Source of the DNA: Camelus ferus
Lineage: Eukaryota
Assembly: GCF_009834535.1 (NCBI RefSeq)
Contig: NC_045697.1
Coordinates: 56,732,001 to 56,796,000, forward strand
DNA length: 64,000 nt
Reading direction: 5' to 3'
Part shown: piece after piece, positions 39,301 to 50,750 of the stretch
How positions within the stretch are numbered: the first letter of the stretch is position 1
Layout: each line of letters opens with the position of its first letter
Made by a program: the position numbers and the translations under genes
Notes under the pieces: model-generated
What the model was told of the DNA's origin: nothing
The model's database searches: none
Seen by the model: only the letters and a program-made list of their open reading frames with translations

Positions 39301-41149
39301 ACAGTTAAGAGGAGTAGAAGAGGGCCATTTAGATGAATTCTGCCTGATAAGTTTTCTGTTGTTGTGTCCTTTCTTGTTTTTAGTTACATGACAAGATCAA
39401 TCTGGACGCATAGAAAGGTAAGAGTGAAATACAGACTTCAGGTGAGACGGGCTACTTTAGAATAGGAACTATGGAAATTATATAAGAGAGTTGAGTTGAA
39501 TGGGGTTAAGTAAAATGATTTGTAAGTAACATTCCATGCTTACTGGTGGTTGGAAATTATAATGGGGTGTTTGTTTTCAGAAGTCAGAGTTAAGCACCTT
39601 CATCTGAAGCCACCTGTCAGTCTGGAGTGGTAAGAAGAGAAACTGATTAAGAATTAATCCAAGAGTAAGAACTATAAGGTCAAAAATCAGTGAGAATTTG
39701 AGATGATTAAAACAGTATCATAAATGAATTACAAGGAATCTAAGCTGTGTTAGAAAGGTGGCAAAGGCAACACATGGAAAAGAGATCCTAAAAAGTCCAA
39801 GGCTTAGCAATTTCGAGAAGTGACATGAGCAATTTAATATAAATTCCAATGGCAAAGGAACTTTTTTCTGAATTTCTAACCAGTGCGTCACATATATAGC
39901 AGTATAATAATTCTGATTACGTTTTGGGAAAAAAAAATAGATGCATTTATAAATACATTTATATTTTTCCCTCTGTAACCAGCAAAACACCTATCAATTT
40001 ACATTGTTTTTCCAAAGTTAAAGAGATTAAGATAATAAATAATTGAAAGGATTTATTAAGCCTTCATCTAGTACTATAAATACTGCAGCATTTTGGGTTT
40101 CTCTTAAATAAAATATTTATTTTTAAATACAGAATTCTATGCATTTTTAAAATATGTATTTGATGCCTAAATTAGTATTATGCTCTGGTTCCATAGTCAT
40201 GCAGTTAAAATGAGACCTTATATAGTAAATTAATATTTTATTAAGAATAATAGATACTTTCAAAACAAAATAAATAAAATTACCTAAAATAGAATAGTAT
40301 ACTTGATGCTTTTTTCTAGTATAATTCAACAAATTAGGAACTTGGAAGAATGCCCCCTGCATTTTTAATTAACATTATTTAAGAAAATTTAAAGAAAGAT
40401 TTTGAAATTCTAGGATCATCCCTGTAGGTAAAAAATAAGTCATTTTTAAAAATTAACAGATGCAAAGTTAAAATGATTTGAATTCAATGGATTGATATCT
40501 TTCTTATCTAGTTTTTTTTTTTAAGTGTAAGTTAACTTAAACTAGCAAATAGACTTTCAAAAATGTATTAAAAACCCTGAAAATTTAAGACATGCTTTTT
40601 CTGCTAATGGTGTGTCTTTCCCTTGAGACAGCATTGCCATTGATATTTACAAGAATTCTGTACTACATCAACAATAAAAATTCAAAGCAGCAAGCATTTA
40701 TACAAATCTTGGTGAACATATTTTAACTACATGAAGATGTGTCTGACTCACTGATAAATTTGTAGTAGCATCATGAATAAATTTCTAAAATAAAATAAAA
40801 ATAAATGGATTGTTTAGAAAAAGGAACCCAGATGCTTAAAAGTTTCTTTTTTTTACATGAGTGAAATAAATTATTTGAAGATTGATTTATAAAATAGAGG
40901 CTCTGGGTTACTTAAGAAGCCGCTACTTTTTTAGTAGGTAGTTGTCTAGATAGCTCGGGAAATAAGTGAATATTTTCATTTATTTCCTGCCTTTGAGTTA
41001 GTGATTTTAGGATTTATATCTCTGAGGAATTACCTTTCCACTTTTATTTTTGTTCAGGACTACATTATTTTTTCCAAATTAGTCCTCAATATAGACTATG
41101 GTAAAAGTCATAAATTACATTTTGTTTACCAATGTATTTTTTAACAAAA

Positions 41150-41920
41150 CCTTTATTTTTCAGAAGCAGTTTCAGATTTACAGCAAGCATGGCCTCCCTG
41201 ATTATCAACATCACTTATCAGAATGGTACTTTTTTTTTTTAACCAAGTATGAACCTACATAGACATCCAAATTCCTTAGTTTACCTTAAGGTTCACCCTT
41301 GGTATTGTATATTCTATAGATATGGACAAATGTATAATGACATATCCATAATTATAGTATCATTCAGAGTATTTTTACTGCCTTAGAATCTTCCCTGCTT
41401 TGCCTCTTCATCTCTCTCCTCACCCGTACCCTTAGCAGTGACTGATCTTTTCAATGTCTCTGTAGTTGTACCTTTTCAGAATGTCATAGAGTTAGAATCT
41501 TGGAGTTTGTAGCCTTTTCAGATTGACTTCTTTCACTTAGTAATACACATTTGTTTTCCCCATGCCTTTTTATGGCTTGATAGTTCATTTCTTTTTAGTG
41601 CTGAATAATATCCCAGTGTCTAGATATGCCATATTTTATCTGTTCATGTACTGAAGGACATCTCGGTTGCTTCCAAATTTTAGCAATTGTGAATAAAGCT
41701 ACTGTAAACATCCACATGCAGGTTTTTGAATGGACATAGGGTTTCAGCTCCTTTGGGTAAATACCAAGTAGAGCAGTTCCTGGATCATATGGTAAGAATT
41801 TGTTTAGTTTTGTAAGAAACCTCCAAACTGTCTTCTAAAGAGGCTGTACCATTTTGCATTCCCACCAGCAATGAATAAGGGATCCCGTTGGTGCATATCC
41901 TCACCAGCATTTAGAGTTGA
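41150..41920 (-). mobile_element. L1MC1/2-like 3' end, antisense
   Basis: gttcacccttggtattgtatattctat, ttttcagattgacttctttcacttagtaat, gaaggacatctcggttgcttccaa, ggctgtaccattttgcattcccaccagcaatgaat. Confidence 0.88.
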
Positions 41921-41924
41921 TGGT

Positions 41925-42200
41925 TTCAAATAGGCAAAGTCAAAGCTACATTGTATAAGAATGCATATTTAGGTAGTTGAAAGAAGCATTTATCAAAGGC
42001 ATGCAATGCTCATCTCTGTCAGGTAGAGAGAGTTTTGAGATCTGTCAGGGATAGAATTCTGGTAATATTTTATATTGTAACCCAAAAGGTTGTTACATGA
42101 GTGTGTGTTTTAATAAGATTTAACTTGCATATTTATGTTTTATGTCCTTTTTTTCCATGCCTGTTCATTGACACAATTAAAAGTGTTAAAAAACAAAAGA
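41925..42200 (+). mobile_element. Old L1ME-like 3'UTR fragment
   Basis: aggcaaagtcaaagctacattg...gaatgcatatttaggtag...ttctggtaatattttatatt...ggttgttacatgagtgtg. Confidence 0.5.
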
Positions 42201-42586
42201 AATAGAATGACTTAGAAATTTGGAATGTAAAATTCCCATAAAAGTAACATATACATGTGGTGGAATCAAAATAACTTTCATTGTCATAACCAGTGGGGTA
42301 ATTCTGCTACATTGTCAACCCTGGATATAAAATTATTAGGTAAAATAATTTTGCATTTAGTTCTTTTACAACCTCTTTTTGTTTGATCAAAGTCTTTTGA
42401 ATGTCAAAGAATTTATGGCTAGTAATTTAATTTAATTAGATCTTAATCATAAAAGTACAGTCACCATTTAATTGATATATCATATTAAAATTTATTAAAT
42501 AAACTTCTTAAAAATGGAAATTTAAAATATGCAAATTAAATAGTTCAAGTTACTTTAATTTTTAACCATCTGTTTTTCTGTTCACC

Positions 42587-42626
42587 AAAAAAAAAAAAAA
42601 AAAAAAGAAAGAAAGGAAAAAGGAAG
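42587..42626 (+). repeat. Poly(A)/A-rich tract
   Basis: A20 followed by gaaagaaaggaaaaaggaag. Confidence 0.9.
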
Positions 42627-43599
42627 TAATAAATGGTGACAGATTACCAAGGGAAAATAATTGTATTGTAAAATATTTATTAACTTTATTTTTCATTTGG
42701 TTAAAGAATAAGCCATAAACTTAATTTGACCTAGAAACTAAACATATAATAGTCCCAGCAGCCCTAATTAGTTGGAGAAACTGAACTTTCACCATATAAC
42801 CTTCAAATCATCTCTTTGAATTTACTCTTTGCTTCTAAATCTCACTGTTTTCCCAAGTGTTTCATGTGTCTCATTTCATATTGTTAATGAAACAACTCAA
42901 TCAACAAGCCAGGTTTGTACGTGAACAGATTTAGGCTGAGGTGGAATTAAAAGTCAAGTAGTGCCCTACACATTTTTTTTTTTATTAAAAAGAAACATTT
43001 CATCATCTTCTAATAATCTATCCAAAATTTGCCTTTTAACATGTTCATATTTTTTGCTAGACTTATTTCTCCTCTGAAAAGACAGATCTGCAGAAAAACA
43101 ATGTTAATCTGATATATTAACTTTTCTTGTTTTATGATATAACAAGTATTATAACACTGTATATGACTATAATAATAGCCTTTTGTAATTATGATTGCCT
43201 TTTTTCCTCTTATTGTTTTTCTATATGTTACTCTGTTCAGATTTACTCAATATATTAAGATTATACATATACATATACTTACATACAGGCACACACACAA
43301 AAGCATGCACATATGTTGAAAATGTCAGGTGATTAAATTTTAAGCAGTTTTTTTTGATGATTTTTACTTATTTTATTTCCTATGATCTAAAAAGGACATA
43401 TGGAGAGTAAAGTAGACACCACTGGAATCAAAGAATGTTAAGAAAGCTTCTTAACTAGGATTCCTTTATCTTTATCTAACTCTTTTTTTCAGATAAGAAG
43501 TAGAAAACAGAAACAACCCTAAAAGCCCAAATTAATAAGTCGCTCTATTTATTATATCCATTTATATATTTGTGCATGCATTCATCTTTTAAAGTTTCA

Positions 43600-44640
43600 T
43601 TATTCATTCAGTTATTAGTAAATTAATTCATGCATTCTTTTATCCAGCACATATTTGCTTGTCACTATGCAAGAGTCATTTACAATAGTCACAGTAGAAA
43701 TAAAATTTTATTGTTAAGCCATTGCATTCTGTTCGCTGAGGGATCCAGATATGAAAAACCAATAATTATAATATAAATTGTATTTTAAGTTGCTAATTTT
43801 ATTGTAAAATGGTGTGTTATAGAAATTGAGCAGAGATAGTCAAGGATGGCTTTGAGACAGGAGGGAAGGGGACAGGCCACAGCCACTCAAGGAATGACAG
43901 CAATTTAACACCAAAATGGTGGAAGATTCACCTCCTAGTTGGCCTTGAGGATTAAGAGGTTTAACTTCTAGTAGGCCTTGAGTTTCATTATGTGCTCACT
44001 GTAACAGCGTGATCAAATAACATGCCCGCAGGCACCATGACAGCCCCAAGGCTAACCGCAAAAGGCCAAAGAATGGGTGATGCTGGGAATCCCAGCCCCT
44101 TCCCCAGGGCAGTTGGATTGATCCCACCTGTAGGCATGTGAGGCTACTGAGACCATAAAAAGTGACAACACTATGCTTAGTGGCCCTTTGCGCTCTCTCT
44201 CCCCTTTGGAGATGGCCCACACTCTGTCTATGAAGTGTGTACCTACTTTTACTTTAATCTGAGCACCCAATTCCCACACCTCTTTCCTTGCCTTTCTCTT
44301 GCCTTACACTCTATGCAGTATGTATCTCTCTAAATAAATCTACCTTAACTCAGAGGTGGCTCGCACTTGAATTCTTTCCTGCGCGAAGCCAAGGACTCAC
44401 ATTTGGCGGGGCACGTCCTAGGGGCTCAGCCGAGACCTGGGACTCGGGCCTCTTCACACCCCACATCCATTTTCCTGCATCAGCTTCACTATTGGAACTG
44501 GATCTTTAAGGTTAAATAAATTTTTTTTCCAGATAAAGAAAAGAAACAAAGAAAATTCTAAACACAAAGAACAAGTATACAAATGCATGAAGACATGGAG
44601 GGGTAGAGCATATTCAGAATTAGAAAGAAGTTTGGGTTGA
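43600..44640 (-). mobile_element. L2 3' fragment split by an LTR insertion
   Basis: ttcattcagtt...cagcacatatttgcttgtcactatgcaag; the flanks rejoin as caaggatggcttcact...gaactggatctttaagg, typical antisense L2. Confidence 0.55.
43853..44482 (+). mobile_element. Well-preserved ERV1-type solo LTR (630 bp)
   Basis: TG...CA termini (tgagacagga / tcctgcatca); perfect 4-bp TSD gctt (43849-43852 / 44483-44486); TATA-like cataaaa; aataaa at ~44333; U5-like ttgaattctttcctgcgcgaagccaagga; retained CpGs. Confidence 0.93.
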
Positions 44641-45016
44641 TCAGAAAAATTTAAGCAGCTCTAAACACTGGAAAGATACACCAACCCTCAGTCACATAAT
44701 TCAAAAAGAATAATACTAAACTGAAATAAAGTGTAAGGAAGTCAAATGTTGCTATTTTTCTCTGTAATGAATGCTTTCTAGAGGTACCCCATATGAAATT
44801 TTTTCAATGGAAATTCTGGTTTCTCTGCTTTGATGGTATTTTTGGCATATATTTAATATCCACAATAGTGATGCTATGGTTCGTAATATACAAAGGTATA
44901 GATTCTGGCGAACCTGACCAAATTTTGGTCCTAGAAACTTTGGGTATTTATCATTGTAACAAGTATGTCAATAATGAAAATAATTAGAGATGGAGTTTTT
45001 CAAGACTTCAATTACT

Positions 45017-45050
45017 TTAAACTGAACTTACATTAAACTGAACTTACATT
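45017..45050. repeat. Perfect 16-bp tandem duplication (ttaaactgaacttaca x2)
   Basis: Read directly from the sequence. Confidence 0.9.
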
Positions 45051-45733
45051 TAATTTAAAGCTTCTACCAGATTTCTTTAATAAGCTATTTTACCATAAAT
45101 TTAGTTTTAAAACCTCTCTTTTGTAATATCAGTCAGCCAAATAAAGTAAAAATTCTGATACTTATACAGATATTTTTTCAGATGGTATTATAGATACATT
45201 TTCTATAAAGTTGATTAAATAATTTTACTTGTAAGTCAGACCAGGTTAATTTTAAATTGCAATAACTGATATAATCCTAAATCAGCATGAAGTACACGAA
45301 ATGTATGACTATTCCTAGTTGTAGTGTACCTCATTCAACTGCCTGGAACCAATGATCTAGTTTTTGCATATCAGACCCTGTATAGGGCTCCTTCTGGCCT
45401 AATGAAATTACTCAAATGCTTAGCAGGAATAAAAACTTGACGTTTGTTTCAGTTTCTTTTTTCCTAATTTGAACAGGAAATAACTAGATGCTTTCATATA
45501 AATTTTAATTACACTGCATTTGCTTAAAATTCGGTGGAAACCAGGAGATTTGATGAATCTATTTTTCTAAATACATTTCTTAAAACTTTGCACTTTTACA
45601 ATGTCAAATGTATGTAAATTTCAGAGGGTTAATGATGCCATAGATATAGTGAATGTATCAGAGAGAAAGAGAACCTTGATGGGTGTATGTACGCTGCCCA
45701 TACAGATAAGACATTATCTCAGGGAATTAAATC

Positions 45734-46056
45734 CAATAGGCTCCTTGTATCCCTGGATTCCACATCTGGGGATTCAATGAACTGCTTTGAAAATATTTGG
45801 AAAAAATTCCAGAATGTTCCCAAAAGCACAATTTTAATTTGTCACACATTTGGCCACTATTTATATAGCATTTACATTGTATTAGGTATTACAAGTAATC
45901 TAGAGATGATTTAAACTATACCAGAGGATGTGCGTAGGTTACTTGCAAATACTATGCCATTTTACATAAAGGTCTTGAACATCCAGGGATTTTGGTATCC
46001 GGTGGGGAAGGAGGATGTCTTGGAACCAATCCCACCTTGTTACTGAGCAACATCTA
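45734..46056. mobile_element. MER2/MER2B TcMar-Tigger MITE
   Basis: tagcatttacattgtattaggtattacaagtaatctagagatgatttaaa...gaggatgtgcgtaggtta...ggattttggtatcc...tggaaccaatccc. Confidence 0.92.
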
Positions 46057-46582
46057 TCCCTTCCTTTCTTGATTTTTCAATCTTCAAGAAGAACATAAAT
46101 AGGTGAAATGTGTTTTTGCTAATCTTATTTAAAGCTAATTGGAATTTATATGAAGTAGATTCTTAGGTACTAAATTGGAAAACATTAAGATTTTTCTAAA
46201 AGCTAAAAATAATCAGAATAAAGTAGTCAGTAAAATGCATACTAACCATGTTATCACACAACCTTTCAGATAACTAAAGATAAGGGTTTCTTGCTTGTTA
46301 TCAATGGAAATTTTAATATCTATGTTTTATCTTCTACACATGCAGAACCAAAAACTAGTAAGAAGTTTATAAAGCTAATTTCTATTTCCCGATTATTTTT
46401 GTTATTAATTCTTGTCCCTTGAAATTAAAAAAAAAAAAGGCGGAATTAACCAGTCTCCTATCATTACTACTCATAAGCAAATTATGATAGCACTGGTTGA
46501 GCATATAGGTATGGAGCTTAAACTTTTGAACTTGAGTGGGTTTTTACATCTAAGAAGAAAGGGAAATATTCCTTTGTGTATG

Positions 46583-46584
<2 letters not shown>

Positions 46585-46621
<37 letters not shown>
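46585..46621. repeat. (AC)18 microsatellite
   Basis: Perfect AC run. Confidence 0.97.
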
Positions 46622-46625
<4 letters not shown>

Positions 46626-47772
46626 AAAGAGCATATGTTAGAATTTCTTAAGACTAATATCCAAAGATGAATTATTGCAAAATACCTAAGGCTCAGTGTT
46701 CAGTTCTTCTCAAACCCAGGCTCATAAAGGGGTATGAAGTGTATTTATTTTCAGCCTCCAACATTGTGGAGGTTGGCCTCAATGTTCCTTGCTGGCTTCA
46801 TGAAATAGAGCAGTCTACACAGCAAACTGTCATTAATCTTATAATCATAATCCAATTCACAAATACTACCACAGTTAGTGAGCTTTGCAGCTTCCTAGAT
46901 AGAAAGTTTGTCCATGTATATTTTCAAATAGTAATAATGAGATAATTTGAATCTGTTGGCACTTATTTTTATAAAATTGTAAAAGACACTTTCTCTTGTT
47001 TTCTTTAATTTTTCTAATTCCTCTACCAGAATTTGTCTCATGGTTGTACATTTTCTACTTACCACAAGGTGATGGTAAACTTCCAACTTCTGTTTTCTTT
47101 TTTGTTGTTATATTTCCTTATTATGTCTGTTCATCATGATCTGGAATACAGCTGACTTTTGAGTTTTCAATTGTCATTATACTTATGATTATAATTTGGA
47201 CAGAAGCTTGCTTTTCTATGCTTATGTCTGGTTATTTCAAAAATACTATTAAAACTGCTTTTATATTTCGTTATTATTTTGGTATAGTGTCCTGAAGAAA
47301 AATAGTATCACTAACAGTCAAGCAGGCTATTCTGCAATAAAAGTTTTAAAATAGAGCAGTGAAAAGATGTGGGAAGACATGCTATTTTTAAACCATTGGA
47401 GTGGAGATGGGGGTATATATGGTGCCTGAGGTTGAGTGTATTTAGCGAACAACCTGATATCAAGGCCCATTAGCGGATGAATAAGTTGAGAAGGCAGACA
47501 GAAGGCACAGATATTTATATACAAAGCAATAATAAATGAAACCGAGCAGCAAAACTACCATAAACTCAGAAGCAACAGTGACGAAAATGGAGGCTGGGAA
47601 GAATGTGGACAGAGAAGAGACGTAGAATGTGGTGAGATATCAGTCAATGCAATGCAGTCTTTGTTAAAGGCACATTTTTTAGCTTCTCAAGAAAAAAAAT
47701 CTTTGATTAAGAAATGGAAACAATCTGATGAACGTGATCACATAGAAGAGGGATATCACTTAAAGATGGGAT

Positions 47773-47928
47773 GGGGGGACAGTATAGCTCAGTGGTAGAG
47801 TGCGTGTTTAGCATGCATGAGGTCCTGAGTTCAATCCCCAGTAACTCCATTAAAAAAATAAAATAGGTAAACCTAATTACCTCCACCTCAACAAAATTTA
47901 AACAAAATAAAACTAAATAAAAAATTTA
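47773..47928 (+). mobile_element. tRNA-Ala(AGC)-derived SINE, camelid Vic-1-like
   Basis: Head ggggggacagtatagctcagtggtagagtgcgtgtttagcatgcatgaggtcctgagttcaatccccagtaactcca with Pol III A box (47785-47795) and B box (47827-47837); tail aaacctaattacctcc plus A-rich end; TSD aaagatggga (47762-47771) / aaagatggta (47929-47938). Confidence 0.88.
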
Positions 47929-48268
47929 AAAGATGGTACTATTTCTTCTGATAGGCTATGAATGTGAGTATACACAAAACATACTGCACAACAACAAGAA
48001 AGGAGTAGAGATTGAAAAAGTGAATGAACAAATTTTTCAAACAGAGGGAAGGAAAGAGGACCCAGTACACACATTTACAAGTCAGTTTGTAAGAAGAAGA
48101 AATGTTAACTTTTTTCTTAGAAATAGAACAAAATTAGTTTTGAGTGTATAGTAATACTCATGAAAGTCAATTGTTTTTAACTTTAGGGATGTTTTGTAGA
48201 TGACTGCAGAATTTTTAATCAAACCTAGATGATTAATCAGTTCTCTTTCACTTCTAAGATCCCCTAAT

Positions 48269-48740
48269 TATAGGTAGATGATTGCAAAAATGGCCACACA
48301 TCATTCCCTTCTTTTTGTCCAGGACTTTTGGTAGTTCTTCCCACACTGAGCCTGTGCAGGTCATGGGAGTCCCTTTGACCAGTGGGACATGGCAAATATG
48401 ACACGTGCAAAAGATGACAAGAACTTGTGCACTGGGTCTTGATGCTGTTGGAACCCTGAGAACCAGGATGTGGGTGACATCAGGGACAGTGTGCTGGAGG
48501 ATGAGAAGCCACATGGAGACGATCTGAGTGTCCCAGTCTGTATTCAGTCAAGCCCTCACTCTCATGGCATCTGAATGACAACACATGCATGAGTCATTCC
48601 CAGCTGAGATTAGCTGAGTCTGAACTAGACCAGGAATATGCTTTTCTGAGGTTAGCCCAAATTTCCAGATTGTAAACATGTGACTCGAAGAAATTGTTTT
48701 GTTTGAAATGTTTGTTATGCAATAAAAACTAAGTTGTTCA
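48269..48740 (+). mobile_element. MLT1G/H-like MaLR solo LTR
   Basis: gattgcaaaaatggccaca, ctttgaccagtgggacatggcaaatatgac, gctggaggatgagaagccacatggaga, agcccaaatt, gtttgttatgcaata. Confidence 0.85.
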
Positions 48741-49856
48741 GGCATTAAAGTGAATTCTTTTGATATGGTTGGGAAAATTATCTATAATTTCTCATCTCAT
48801 TTTCATATCCCTCAGACATGCTTATAATATGGGTGGAAACAAAAATCTATAGCAAAGCTTCTGGCATTTTGTGTATTATTAAATGGGGAGAAATGCCTAT
48901 GATCAGTTTGATGGCATCTGGAGCTCCTCCTTGAAAGAAAGGTTCTGGAGTCTGCTGTGCACATCAGAAGCCCCATCTGAACAAACTTGCTGGCTCCTCT
49001 TCATCTGGAAGTCATGCAAAGAAACTGTGCCTTTGTTCATAGAATGGGGACCTCTTTTCTATTCCATTTTGGAACAGAAAGAGACAACAGATATGCCACA
49101 GCACACCTTGATGCTAACCTTTGCCGGCAGCTCCAAGTGGAAGAGTCAGACTCACTGTTAAGGGCTTTAGAGTCTTTGAAAGCAGAATGCTCTTTAATGA
49201 GAGTCATGGGTACTTAAACTCACTTTGCATTTTGGTTTTTTTTATATGTTCTAGAAAGAGGTTAAGGCTGTTAATGATATATTTAACAGGTAATTTAATT
49301 CTTTGGGAGGAGGTTAAAGGAATGGGAAAAGAAATTGAGGACAATTTTCCTTCCCATGATACTAGAGGCACACAAGAAGGTGTGATCTCTAATGAAATTT
49401 TAGAAATAAGGAAACAAAAAGCAAAAAATCTAATACTGAATGCTTTAGGTAGTTCTATAAGATCCTGCATTTTGGAAATAAAAGTGTAATAAAAAGTAGA
49501 TTTAGATGAAAATGAGCAGTTCATTTTCTTGCCATACATTCTTTTGTCAATACCTTTCATAGGCTTAATCCAGCTGGAAGACAGCTTACAAAAGTACTTA
49601 TAAAATCCAATGTTTCAGGTGTCAGCTTCCCCCTCTCTCTGCCCCAGTACAGAGCATACTAAGAATACAGTAAGAAATGGATCTAAAAGCATAGAGTCAA
49701 ATTATCTGGACACAGTCCCTGAAATAGAATTTCTCATAAAGGAGTGCTGAGTATACACAGTGAGCCATGGATGTTGGAGTACAGTCGTGATTTTGTGCAC
49801 CACAGGGCAGCTGATCTGCCAATGTGAGCCAGTGTTCACATTGACAAAGACAGGAG

Positions 49857-49857
<1 letters not shown>

Positions 49858-49919
<62 letters not shown>
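49858..49919. repeat. (TG)n(AG)n compound microsatellite
   Basis: Read directly from the sequence. Confidence 0.97.
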
Positions 49920-49924
<5 letters not shown>

Positions 49925-50142
49925 CAAAGAGAGAAAACTGGAGTAACTATCTTAATGAACTCAAAATTTACCTAAATAAATGATAAATGTCAGTGCCCAA
50001 ACAACTTCCCTATTGAAATACAACCTCAATCACCCTCACAACCACCAGTGAGGTTAACCCTGAAAGTAGTATTCCTATTTCATGATCTTTGGGAAGCCTC
50101 AAACATCATAAGTTTTAATAGTACGACTAAAGTAAATCATAT

Positions 50143-50750
50143 TGTGGGTTCTGGCCGGCAGAAGTCCCACCGAGAAGGAATGAATTACTCAAGACTCTGT
50201 GGAAAAGTCAAGAGAGGGAGAGGGAGTCAGGAGCCAACTCCACGAGCCTCTCAAATGTTCCCATATTTTATTGAGTACAGTCAAAGGAGGAATGCAGGAA
50301 TTTAGGGAAGAACAGGGTGGGATCACAATGAGTACAAAGGCTTTGTTTATTGTTGGTGTTTGGCTCAAGGTCAGAAGACCCTTTTTGGTGAATCATGTTG
50401 TGTTGAGCCTTTCAGCTTATCAGGGCGGAACGTGTGAGAATCAGCTGCTTAACAACTTGGATTCAGGCGGCTTTGCCTCTCTTAGGTTGCCCCCCCTCGG
50501 GGGATCTTACCCGTCATTGGCTAACCAGCCTTTGCACCCCGAGTCTGCAGCTTTTTATAAGTTGTTTACCATTCCAGCCCAAGGTTGTTTTGGGGATAGA
50601 AGACTATCTAACAGCAGGCACGCCCAGCATTTATAGCCAAGGGCCTGGGTCATTGCTAAAACCTCAAGGCAGTTACTAAGCACATCTTCTTTAAGGAGAT
50701 AAGCAGCTGGGATCTGTTACAATTTGTTAATCCAATCATGGGCTCCCACA
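50143..50750 (-). mobile_element. Solo LTR, probably class II (ERVK/betaretrovirus-like), 608 bp
   Basis: Termini tgtggg...cccaca; 6-bp TSD tcatat (50137-50142) / tcaaat (50751-50756); minus-strand AATAAA (tttatt 50267-50272) and TATAAA (tttata ~50554-50559); CpGs retained. Confidence 0.85.

Noticed and set aside
47773..47849. Functional tRNA-Ala gene
   Set aside because: Imperfect stems, SINE-type tail and TSD, and no oligo-T terminator directly downstream indicate a SINE
49820..49843. Hairpin caatgtgagc-cagt-gttcacattg containing CAGTGT, a possible iron-responsive element
   Set aside because: With CAGUGU as the loop the 5-bp upper stem (ugagc/ucaca) does not pair and there is no C bulge; too short for a pre-miRNA
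50199..50679. 145-aa and 81-aa ORFs as retroviral accessory genes (e.g. sag-like)
   Set aside because: They run antisense to the inferred LTR orientation, start at GTG codons and show no recognisable similarity
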